64,000 bases of DNA from Nemertoderma westbladi. Its lineage: Eukaryota; Animalia; Xenacoelomorpha. Below are positions 38,151-49,110 of the stretch, in pieces. Below the pieces are notes generated by a model. The model was not told the DNA's origin. It worked only from the letters and a program-made list of their open reading frames with translations, and searched no databases. The stretch's first letter is position 1. Every line of letters begins with the position of its first letter. Both the position numbers and the translations under genes were made by a program. The stretch spans positions 1 through 64,000 of the forward strand of contig JAUCBJ010003602.1 in the NCBI GenBank assembly GCA_032718475.1. The letters are read 5' to 3'.

Positions 38151-38689
38151 ACAGCACAGATGAAGGTACCCATTTTCTTGGATTCAAATAATCAAAATCA
38201 ACATGATCTTATCACCAGGTTGTTTAAAATATCACATGTTTTAATGCGAGGTAGTCAATTGCCCTTCCCTTGGGGGATTTAGTTGCCGAGGAGCTGGTAA
38301 CTGGGGATAAAATCTGAACTTCCGGAGACTGGGCACTGACCATATCAGAATCAATTCTAGGTGGTTTTTTATTGCATGAATATGTAATAGCTGAACTACA
38401 TTGGTCATAAGTCCCAGGCAGTGGGGGCCCGGGTCCAGGTATTTCTGATTTGAAATAATTTACCTTTTAATATCCCTCAGAAAGAGAATCCATTCTTGTT
38501 GAAGTTTACCTCAACTTCCAGCTCCCATCTTCTTGTAAGTATTCCACCATTGGAGATGATTGAATCTCTAGTTGATGGCATACTATGTGTGAAGTTATGT
38601 TGACCCCTATATTTACCTAAACACCCCCAAACCAGATCATAGGCTGTTTGGATTCCCGAGCCTCTCTGGCTAGGGTTTGAGTGTGCTTT

Positions 38690-39410
38690 GGTGATGGTCG
38701 ACTCATCGGATTCATCCTGGGTCCTCCACAACTCGGTAGGTTCATCCCAGTTCGTCGTCGACTCGGTGGACCAGTCCTGATTCATTGGCGATTCGTTGGG
38801 TTCTTCCCGCTTCATTGTCGACACAGTGGCCCAGTCCCAGTTCGTTTCATCTCAGGTCTTCCTTAACTCTGTGGGTTTGTCCCACTTCGTTGTTGATTCA
38901 ATGGGTTCATCCCAGGTTCTCCTTGACTCAACGGGTTCATCCCAGTTCATTATCAACTTGGTGGACCAGTCCCGGTTTCTTGATGATTTGTTGGATTCAT
39001 CCAGGTTCATTGTCGACTCGGTGGTCTAGTCCCGGTTTGTTGTTGACTTGGTGGGTCCTCTTCGACTCAGTGAGGTCGTCCCAGTCTGTTGTCGTCTCGG
39101 TGGGTTCATCCCAGTTCATTGTCCACTTGGTAACGACCCGATTGACCTTCCGGTCAACCAGATTGTACTAGACTCTACGAGTTCTTCTCGTTCATTCTGG
39201 TTTGTCGTCAACTCGACGGGTTCATCCCTGTTCGTCGTCGACTTTGTGGGTACATACCGGGTCCACCTCGACTTGGTGGGTTCATCCTGGGTCCTCCTCG
39301 ACTCAGGGGGTTCATCCCTGTTCGTCGTCAATTTGGTGGGTTCATCCTGGTTTGTTGTTGAATTGGTGGCCCAGTCCCAGTTCGTCGACAACTCGGAGGG
39401 TTAATCTCGA
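38690..39410. repeat. Degenerate ~30-bp tandem repeat
   Basis: Unit about GGTTCATCCCAGTTCGTCGTCGACTCGGTG; the minus strand reads STTN(W/R/Q)DEPTE repeats. Confidence 0.75.
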
Positions 39411-39979
39411 TTTGTCAGGTTCAATCCGGTTATTTACTCGGTGGGTTCATCGCGGGTCACCCCCAACTCAGAAAGGGTCTGAAAGGGTTTCATTGGCGCT
39501 TCCAGAATTGGTGGTTTCATCGCCCCTTCTGGAATCATTTGTTGCTGTGAGTTGTTCATTAATTTCGTGTTCGTGAGCTCATCCATTGAGCGATTCTGGA
39601 CGTGTCATGAGATGTACTTCTCAGCTATAATAAGTAGATGCACGTGCACGCGTGTGCCAGGTGGTGGCAATCTGTGGCTAGATAAGTAGATCTTGAGGCG
39701 AGCTGTGATTATTTTTCCGAACTGGGCATGGAATTTCCCCCGTTCCGCATAATCAAAAGCAATGATTTCAAAATAAATATATTATTATTCAGTACTGGTA
39801 ACCTTACAGTCAGTCATTACAGTAGTCAATATTTAATGTACCAGATCAATTCAGTTTAGGGACTGTCTAAATAAAAGTCGAGCCGAGTGCTTGATCTCAA
39901 ATAATAGGTGCCAAATCATCTATAATATAAATTATTGCTCTAACTCAATATACCTAGCCATATTACCTAAATCTTTCAG

Positions 39980-40097
39980 ATGTTTCCGCTGTTACGTCTG
40001 TAGTTGAGGTTTCTGGAACTGGCTTCGTGGTTAAGTTAGGCAACCCTACCCAAGTCAACTGCGTGGTTGACGGTCTGGATATCGACTTCAACAACAG
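39980..40097 (+). CDS. Ig-like domain, first exon
   Basis: atctttcag|AT...AAC AG|gttaga; VSAVTSVVEVSGTGFVVKLGNPTQVNCVVDGLDIDFNN; ends in phase 2, matching exon 47664. Confidence 0.8.
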
Positions 40098-40395
40098 GTT
40101 AGAACACCTTCAGAGTGCTGTATAACTGTTCCATGTTAGAACAACTTCACAGTAAGATAAAACTGTTCCAGGTTAGAACACCTTCAGAGTGCTGTATAAC
40201 TGTTCCAGTGTTCCAGGTTAGAACACCTTCACAGTAAGGTAAAACTGTTCCAGTGTTCCAGGTTAGAACACCTTCACAGTACTGTATACCTGTTCAAGGT
40301 GAGATGACTGCCTTGGCAGATAAGCTTTCTCTTAGTGCAATGGGTGTTCAAGAGCACCGAATGCAGACTGGACAGACTGATGAGGTTCTGATTAA

Positions 40396-41958
40396 CCCTA
40401 TTAAACCCGGGGGGGGGGTCAATATGACCCCCCCCCGTGGTTTTTTTATTATAATTCTGAAACAAACGCAGTTGGGAATCTGAAATTTATGACTTTTCCT
40501 AAAAATCTATTGTCTTCCTAGTAGTGAAAACCGTTTTCAAAAATATTGGGTACTTTTCGAGTTATAGCACCATTTTTTAACCCTACTTTTGGCACTTTTT
40601 TTGAGACGTTTTTTGAAAATTACATTTCATTAAATATGAATTGTAACATCTCTATTTTCGATTTACACCTGTTTTTTGGTGTTAGAAATTGGATGGAATT
40701 CATATAAATTGATTTAGAAATTTCAAACTTGTTTTTTTCGGTGGGTGCCAAATTTTGGTGCCAGCACCAAATTTTGAAATATGTCAATTTTGTAAATTGA
40801 TTGTTTGAAACTTGTTTTTTTACGCAATTGGGGTTTTTTGGGGTTCTGGATTCGATAAAATATATACGAGTTGCACCAAGCGTATCAAACTTGTATTTTT
40901 TCGGTGCTGTGTGCAAATTTTGGAGCTAGCACGAAATTTTGAAAATCCATTCAATAGATAAAATTGCTTGTGACAATTTATTTCTTGCGTTTTAGAGGTT
41001 TATGGCTGTTCTGAATTCAATGGCATATATAATTATCGAACTAGACATCTCAAACTTGTATTTTTCGGATGTGGGTGCAAAATGTGGTGCTAGCACCAAA
41101 TTTTGAAAACCATCAAATAAATCAATTGATTGTGTCACCTTGTTTCTTGCGTTATAGGGGTTTGTGATGGTTCTGAATTCAATGGAATCAGCAAAAATTT
41201 CATAAGAGTTCTCAAACTTGTATTTTTCGCCGGTGGGTGAAAATTGTTGTGCCAGCAACAAATTTTGGAAAATATGCAAATTGATCAGTAGATAGTATCA
41301 CCTTGTTTCTTGCGTTATACGGGTTTATGAGGGTCCTGAATCCGATGGAATCAATAAAAACAGCACTGGACATCGCAAACTTGTACTTTTTGGTGATGGG
41401 TACGAAATTTGGTGCTAGCATCAAAATTTGCCAAATTACGCCGAAAAATACAAGTAGCAATGATCTGGCATATTAGAAATGTATTCCATTAGAATCAGGG
41501 CCCTCGAAAACCTGAAAATGTGAATTTATAGCATCGTATAAGTGAATTAAAAATTTTGTGTTCTAACTGAAAAGTGCTGGTTACTTGTTTTTTTCATTTT
41601 TTTCCTACGCAGAGAGGACTAAACAGCCATTTATAGTAATCATATCATTTTTAAATATTTTCCAATGTATTTTGCGCCCCAGAAAACCTGTATTGAAAAA
41701 TAATTAGGCGAAAATGTAACTTTCAAATTTTGTGAAAATTGTGCACTACTTGTAATTTTGGTGCTGCAATATAACCACCCCAATACATTTTTTCGAAAAA
41801 TTTTTTTTTCGGTCGGATCCAGACAAGTGATACCTACGTACAAACAAAAAATCAGACGTTTTCGTAAATATTTGTAGATTTTAGAGGGGGGGGGGGGGGG
41901 GTCAATATGACCCCCTCCCGGTATTTGTACAACATTTTATAGCCCGGTACTAATAGGG
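40396..41958. mobile_element. Non-autonomous piggyBac-type element
   Basis: TTAA TSD (40392-40395 and 41959-41962), CCCTATTA...TAATAGGG termini, GGGGTCAATATGACCCC near both ends and internal ~180-bp diverged repeats; its removal restores the RTE frame (VLI-KDMGG). Confidence 0.88.
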
Positions 41959-41980
41959 TTAAGGACATGGGGGGCGGTTG

Positions 41981-42576
41981 GGTACTTTTGCACTTTAGGT
42001 CCCCACCACCCAGATTTTTTTATATCAAGGAAACATAATATTATTATGTTCTAGAATATGAATAGCATTATCTGAGAACATTTTTATGTATTCAGTTTAA
42101 CATTTTTAATAAAAGCAGTAGCCTAAAATGAACTCTATTCGTGAGCTCATTTACCACACTAGTTCACTTGAAAAAACTTTAAATTGGTGTCGGGATAATT
42201 GTTTAATATATTCGGCTAAGGATTGTTCATCATGTGGCAATCAGATGCAATTAAGATCAAAGACCGTTATAGATGGCGAGATGTGGCGTTGCCCTCGACC
42301 ATGTAGAAAAGAGTCTATACGCAAGGATTCATTCTTTGAACGGTCTCATTTGAGCATCTCTTCATTGTTGGAATTTTAGTTCCAATTTTAGTTTTAAAAA
42401 TAAATAAATAAACCTTTTTGTTTTGGGTTAGGGTTGATCGGGGGTGCAACATAATCTAACATTTTTTATACCAAAAATGTTCCTAGATAGTCACACTAAC
42501 CTTGTAGTAGTGTAATTTGCATAAAAAACACACACAAAAAAAATCTAGGGGTGGGGACCTAAAGTGCAAAAGTACC
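41981..42576 (+). mobile_element. Merlin (IS1016/IS1595-like) deletion derivative
   Basis: 27-bp perfect TIR GGTACTTTTGCACTTTAGGTCCCCACC; 8-bp TSD GGCGGTTG; ORF 42128..42379 has the zinc ribbon CSSCGNQM...DGEMWRCPRPCRKESIRKDSFFERSHL, with no DDE domain. Confidence 0.9.
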
Positions 42577-45500
42577 GGCGGTTGGCGACTCGCCCTCGCT
42601 TCAGCAGATGATAGTGGCAATGGTGGAATTGGTCTATTGATGAACCCAACTGCACATGCAGCATTGGACAAAATAGACCAAATCTCTAACCGCATCATCC
42701 GTTGCCACTTCCCATGTTCTGGAAGACTGGCTAAGAAGTTTCCTAAGGTGGTTCTGATTGTGTGCTACTCTACAACTAGTGTTGCCCCTGTAGAGGAGGT
42801 GGAAAATTTCTACCAGAATCTACAAGCAGCTACTGGTGGAGTGGATCAGCATGCATTCTTAACATTCCTGGGAGACTTTAATGCAAGTCTGCATCAATCA
42901 CCTACATCGCCCTGGGTCTATAGCAATAGTGTTAACCGAAATTCCGTCCATCTTCAGGATTTTATCTCTGGAAATGGATTGTTTTCGGCTGGAACCCAGT
43001 TCAAGAAGCGAACTGGAAAGCTATGGACTCATTGTGGACCCAGTGGTCACAAGTCACAGATAGACCATATCCTGTTTCGTAGGAAATACAGGAGCTCTAT
43101 AGAAGACTGTAATGCATTTACACTACGACCCTTCTCCAGTGATCACCGCCTTATTGTAGCCAAGGTAAGACTTAGTCTGCGTGCTAGCAGAACAACTAAA
43201 TCTGCCTTGCCGCAGCATGACTGGTCCTCTCTGTTGCAACAGCCAAGTGTGAGATCCAGCTTCACACTACAGCTGAGCAACAGGTATGAGGCTCTTGCCT
43301 CTGAGGCGGCAGATCATTGTGAGGGCTATACTGCCTTCACAGAGGCAGTTTAGTTAGCAGCTGCAGAAACAGTTCCTGTATACCCTCGAAACAGGAAACG
43401 GGCCCCCTGGACTGACAACAAAATTCAGAAGTGCCGAAATGACCTATACAAGGCGCAGAAAGAGTCCCGATTCAAACAGACTACAGCGGCCAAGAATGCA
43501 GTTAAGGCTGCATCTAGGTCCCTGAACAGGCAGTACTCGGTTAATTTACAGGAGCTAATAAACCAACAGGTTGATGCCATCAATGATGCTGACGACAGCA
43601 GGCAATCATCCCAGGCATGGAGATCGATCAACTTGCTTGCTGGTCGAAAAAGCCAACCAACCACCAAGGTTAAGGCTGAATCACCAGCCGATCGCCTCAA
43701 TGGTTGGAAGGCCCACTTTGAGAAGCTCCTCAATAATGACAGGGTATTGCCTGATAACTTTATAGAAGTAAAAGTGCCTGAGTCTGTACTCCCAGATATT
43801 CCCATTGGTGATATCTCCTTTGCAGAAGTGAAGGCTGCTGCAAAGAGCATTAAGACCAATCGTGCCAGTGGATTAGATGGTGTTCCCCCTGAGGTCTTTA
43901 AAATACCTGAGTGTTTAAACCTCATCTATCCCATCATAGTAGACATGTACCGTACAACAAGAGTCCCACAAGAAATGAAAACAAATAAGTTGGTGCCGTT
44001 ACCCAAGAAGGGCAACCTAACACTCTATGGTTCTTTTCGGAGAATCTCATTGATCTCAATTGCTGCAAAGCTATACAATAGAATTCTATGAAATCGCATC
44101 AGAGATCCCATTGAGAGACTGCTACGTGGAAATCAGAATAGGTTCCGTAAAGGTCGTGGGACCATGGAGCCCATTTTGGCACTTAGAAGGATAATTGAAG
44201 AGTTATCAAAAAAGAAAGACAGGCATCTGGCTGTTATCTTTGTTGACTTCTTCAAGGCCTTTGATTCAGTCTCTCGCTCACGTATGTTCAGCATACTTTC
44301 ATTATATGGGATTCCTGATGAAATCATTGCAGCAATCAGATCAGTATACGGTGGTTCGACAACATTTGTGTCTACTGTTGACGGTGACACAGAACCATTT
44401 GAAATGTTATGGGGCGTCCTCCAGGGAGACACACTTGCACCATTCATGTTCATAATTGTTGTTGACTATGTTCTACGCATGTCCTTAGATCATCATAATG
44501 ATGATGGAGTGATGATAACTCCACCTACTGGCTCCAGAAGTCGAGGAAATCCTGCCAAGTACCTAACTGATCTAGACTTTGCTGATGACTTAGGAGTACT
44601 CGCAGAATCACTAGAGGGAGCCCTGGAACAGTTATACAGTACTGTGAAGGTGTTCTAACCTGGAACACTGGGACAGTTATACTGCACTCTGAAGGTGTTC
44701 TAACCTGGAACACTGGAACAGTTACACAGTACTGTGAAGGTGTTCTAACCTGGAACACTGGAACAGTTTTACCTTACTGTGAAGGTGTTCTAACCTGAAA
44801 CACTGGAACAGATTTACCTTACTGTGAAGGTGTTCTAACACTGGAACACTGGAACAGGTATTACTACTAGGATCGGCATGCTGCATTGCAGCTGCATTTT
44901 TAAGAATGCTGCGCCGGTTTATCGACAAAATTGCACCGGCACAACTCCCTATCACCCCCATGACATTTGCTAGATCATCCGCATCTTCAAGGCCAGTGTC
45001 CTTTAAGATGCGTCTCAAGAAAGTTATGGGCTGCCCACCATGCTTATTCACTCCATGAGGCTGCCAAAGTACAAGATTATGCATTGGCTGGTCCTCACGG
45101 CGAAAGCAATGTCCTGCAAAGCGGAGGCGATTTTGTTCTAGTGTCAAGCTTGGTCAAGCGGTCAAGTGCGGGATTACTGTTCCAGGTTAGAACACCTTCA
45201 CAGTATTTTATAACTGTTCCAGGTTAGAACACCTTCACAGTACGGTATAACTGTTCCAGATTAGAACACCTTCACAGTACGGTATAACTGTTCCAGATTA
45301 GAACACCTTCACAGTATTTTATAACTGTTTCAGTGTTCCAGGTTAGAACACCATCACAGTGCTGTATTGCTGTATGACTGTTTCAGTGTTCCAGGTTAGA
45401 ACACCTTCACGGTACGGTATAACTGTTCCAAGATAGAACATTTTCATAGTGCGGTTTAACTGTTTCAGTGTTCCAGGTAGGTTAGAACACCTTCACAGTG

Positions 45501-45766
45501 CTGTATTGCTGTATAACTGTTCCAGTGTTCCAGGTTAGAACACCTTCACGGTACGGTATAACTGTTCCAAGATAGAACATTTTCATAGTGCGGTTTAACT
45601 GTTTCAGTGTTCCAGGTAGGTTAGAACACCTTCACAGTGCTGTATTGCTGTATAACTGTTCCAGTGTTCCAGGTTAGAACGCCTTCACGGTACGGTATAA
45701 CTGTTCCAAGATAGAACACCTTCATAGTGCGGTTTAACTGTTCTAGGGAGGTTCCAGGTGATCTCT

Positions 45767-45800
45767 CCAGAGGTCCTGGGTTCGATCCCCGCGGGGCCAA
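45767..45800 (+). mobile_element. tRNA-like 3' half (B-box), possible SINE fragment
   Basis: CCAGAGGTCCTGGGTTCGATCCCCGCGGGGCCA; no D-arm or full cloverleaf. Confidence 0.35.
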
Positions 45801-46016
45801 GGGAAATTTTAGTTTCGGCACGGATGCTCTAAAGGTACTAACCAGCGGCGATCTGTCTTGCAATGAAAGCTAAATACCAGTACTGTAGTTTCTTTTGGGG
45901 AGTATATTTCTGGTAATAAATAAGTCGTCAGAATTTGTTTGTCCAGTGATGATTACACACATATTCTGACGACTTATCTTATCGATCTTAGACGACCTAA
46001 CGGCCGAAGAAAACTG

Positions 46017-47557
46017 TTCTTTACACATCTTGGTGTCTGTATTAACATTCTTTACACATCTTGGTGTCTGTATTAACATTCTTTACACATGTGTCTGTAT
46101 TAACATTCTTTACACATGTGTCTGTATTAACATTCTTTACACATGTGTCTGTATTAACATTCTTTACACATCTTTGTGTCTGTATTAACATTCTTTACAC
46201 ATGTGTCTGTATTAACATTCTTTACACATGTGTCTGTATTAACATTCTTTACACATATTGTGTCTGTATTAACATTCTTTACACATGTGTCTGTATTAAC
46301 ATTCTTTACACATATTGTGTCTGTATTAACATTCTTTACACATGTGTCTGTATTAACATTCTTTACACATGTGTCTGTATTAACATTCTTTACACATATT
46401 GTGTCTGTATTAACATTCTTTACACATGTGTCTGTATTAACATTCTTTACACATGTGTCTGTATTAACATTCTTTACACATGTGTCTGTATTAACATTCT
46501 TTACACATGTGTCTGTATTAACATTCTTTACACATGTGTCTGTATTAACATTCTTTACACATGTGTCTGTATTAACATTCTTTACACATGTGTCTGTATT
46601 AACATTCTTTACACATGTGTCTGTATTAACATTCTTTACACATGTGTCTGTATTAACATTCTTTACACATGTGTCTGTATTAACATTCTTTACACATGTG
46701 TCTGTATTAACATTCTTTACACATATTGTGTCTGTATTAACATTCTTTACACATGTGTCTGTATTAACATTCTTTACACATGTGTCTGTATTAACATTCT
46801 TTACACATGTGTCTGTATTAACATTCTTTACACATGTGTCTGTATTAACATTCTTTACACATGTGTCTGTATTAACATTCTTTACACATGTGTCTGTATT
46901 AACATTCTTTACACATGTGTCTGTATTAACATTCTTTACACATGTGTCTGTATTAACATTCTTTACACATATTGTGTCTGTATTAACATTCTTTACACAT
47001 GTGTCTGTATTAACATTCTTTACACATATTGTGTCTGTATTAACATTCTTTACACATGTGTCTGTATTAACATTCTTTACACATATTGTGTCTGTATTAA
47101 CATTCTTTACACATGTGTCTGTATTAACATTCTTTACACATATTGTGTCTGTATTAACATTCTTTACACATGTGTCTGTATTAACATTCTTTACTCATGT
47201 GTCTGTATTAACATTCTTTACACATGTGTCTGTATTAACATTCTTTACACATATTGTGTCTGTATTAACATTCTTTACACATGTGTCTGTATTAACATTC
47301 TTTACACATATTGTGTCTGTATTAACATTCTTTACACATGTGTCTGTATTAACATTCTTTACACATATTGTGTCTGTATTAACATTCTTTACACATGTGT
47401 CTGTATTAACATTCTTTACACATGTGTCTGTATTAACATTCTTTACACATGTGTCTGTATTAACATTCTTTACACATGTGTCTGTATTAACATTCTTTAC
47501 ACATGTGTCTGTATTAACATTCTTTACACATCTTGGTGTCTGTATTAACATTCTTTA
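46017..47557. repeat. 27/30-bp minisatellite (~55 copies)
   Basis: TTCTTTACACAT(ATT)GTGTCTGTATTAACA; highly homogeneous. Confidence 0.98.
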
Positions 47558-47663
47558 TGTCTTTATCCAAACAATTTATTAGGAGATTTTACAAATTAGT
47601 ACGATATATTAAGTTGGAGAGAGAAAATGGCCAGAATTTATAAAAGGCACTCTGTTATTGTAG

Positions 47664-47824
47664 GTATCGCTGGACTATAGACGGCGTTGAACAAACCGAG
47701 CACTCTGTCTCATTGGAAATCATCCAACTTCAGGGGAATTATGAATTCCGTTGTAGTTTTGCTACGAGGAAATATTTCGAATACGTTATGGGGGACGCCA
47801 TAAACATTTTTGTTATCTCATATT
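47664..47824 (+). CDS. Ig-like domain, second exon
   Basis: gttattgtag|G TAT...TAT T|gtaagt; YRWTIDGVEQTEHSVSLEIIQLQGNYEFRCSFATRKYFEYVMGDAINIFVISY supplies the core Trp and second Cys. Confidence 0.82.
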
Positions 47825-48249
47825 GTAAGTAGCGGTACCACAACACTAATACATACCTGCATCCATATTGACCGCATTGCATTTCTTTTGTATCTTTATA
47901 AATCTAATTTTTTATAAATCATTAAAAAATCACAAATCTAGGGTGGCATAACATTATGTCTCCATTGGTTGAGTTCTCGCCCATCACTTAGCACCATCAA
48001 AAAATATTAAACGAGGGAAATTTAAATCGATTGTAAACTTATTCAGGAAACGGTACTGCATTGTCGTTAGCCATCGTACTCTAATCTAATCTAATTGTCC
48101 GAGCCATTTGATCCCGCGGGCTCTAATTGTACCGAACAATTAGGTCCCGCGGGCTCTATTGACTCTGTAAATTAGATACCGCGGGTATACAAATATAATT
48201 TTATCTAACTGGGGAGCAAAATATTAAAACGCTTGTAATTGACAATAAA

Positions 48250-48551
48250 CGTTTATCGACAATAAACTGACTTGGCAACAACACTGCGCTTATGTAAACA
48301 AAAAAATCTCAAAATCCGCTGGTTTATTTTTCAAACTACGATATTTCTTACCTCTGAAAATATTAAAATCATTATACCATACCTTCATCCATCCCTACTT
48401 GTCATACGGAATAATTCTTTGGGGAAACTCAAGTGCAAAAAATATTAATCCAATTAGAGTCAAGGTTAACAAAATAATACGCGCGATAACCTTCAACCAC
48501 TACTTAGCACACGCACCACCGATTTACAGATCACTAAACATTATACCTATT
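48250..48551 (+). mobile_element. CR1/L2-group LINE ORF2 C-terminal fragment, cut by the adapter
   Basis: DNKLTWQQHCAYVNKKISKSAGLFFKLRYFLPLKILKSLYHTFIHPYLSYGIILWGN, similar to ORF 1936..2520. Confidence 0.85.
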
Positions 48552-48603
48552 AGTACTCTGCGTTGATACCACTGCTTAAGCAGTGGTATCAACGCAGAGT
48601 ACT
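48552..48603. other. Library adapter dimer (SMART / PacBio ultra-low-input amplification adapter); assembly artefact
   Basis: AGTACTCTGCGTTGATACCACTGCTT + AAGCAGTGGTATCAACGCAGAGTACT, a perfect 52-bp palindrome of the well-known primer. Confidence 0.98.
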
Positions 48604-48875
48604 CCTTCCCGTTTCCCAGTTAGTTAGTTACCTTCCCCTTCCCGTTTTCAGTTATAGTTACCTTCCCGTTCTCAGTTAGTTAGTTACCTTCCCGTTCTCA
48701 GTTAGTTGCCTTCCCGTTCTCAGTTAGTTACCTTCCCGTTCTCAGTTAGTTGCCTTCCCGTTCTCAGTTAGTTACCTTCCCGTTCTCAGTTAGTTGCCTT
48801 CCCGTTCTCAGTTAGTTACCTTCCCGTTCTCAGTTAGTTACCTTCCCGTTTTCAGTTATAGTTACCTTTCCGTTT
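48604..48875. repeat. 18/22-bp minisatellite upstream of a BiP acceptor
   Basis: CCTTCCCGTTCTCAGTTAGTT(A/G), about 12 copies. Confidence 0.92.
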
Positions 48876-48907
48876 ATCTTATTTCTCCCATTTTTATTAT
48901 ACCGCAG

Positions 48908-49018
48908 GTGTTTGAAAAATCCCAAAGGCCCAGCATTCGTGTAAATATTGGCGACGAAGGAGCTAAATCATTTACACCGGAGGAAATATCCGCAATGATT
49001 CTGGGAAAAATGAAAGAG
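48908..49018 (+). CDS. HSPA5: BiP/GRP78 (ER Hsp70) exon
   Basis: ccgcag|GTG...GAG|gtaggt; VFEKSQRPSIRVNIGDEGAKSFTPEEISAMILGKMKE. Confidence 0.92.
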
Positions 49019-49110
49019 GTAGGTGCCATGTGATTGTCCATTAAACTAGCACAATATCCATTAATTGCAATTACCTCTAACAAGGGCAATAATAATTATG
49101 GCTAACGAAT

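Larger units (their letters stand above)
40296..45152 (+). mobile_element. RTE LINE, 5'-truncated, with two nested DNA elements and an inverted 3' end
   Basis: GVQEHR, GDFNA, SQIDHIL, SDHR, VDFFKAFDSV, GVLQGDTLAP, FADD; TSD ATACCTGTTC at 40286-40295 and inverted at ~44852-44861; 3' end on the minus strand at 44862-45152. Confidence 0.92.
40098..45744 (+). repeat. 37-46-bp minisatellite starting at the splice donor; split into 40098-40295, 44622-44861 (inverted) and ~45173-45744
   Basis: Unit GTTAGAACACCTTCACAGTACTGTATAACTGTTCCAG(TGTTCCAG); interrupted by the RTE insertion. Confidence 0.92.

Noticed and set aside
45947-46032. Candidate exon DDYTHILTTYLIDLRRPNGRRKLFFTHL before the 27-mer array
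   Set aside because: Weak donor (GTGTCT) and it ends in phase 1, whereas 40097 joins 47664 directly in phase 2 to give a proper Ig domain.
46061-47582. 495-aa and 468-aa ORFs (CVCINILYT / VSVLTFFTH repeats)
   Set aside because: Stop-free frames of a 27/30-bp minisatellite inside the intron that splits the Ig domain.
48552-48603. 52-bp perfect palindrome as a biological hairpin or element end
   Set aside because: Exact match to a synthetic library primer in both orientations.
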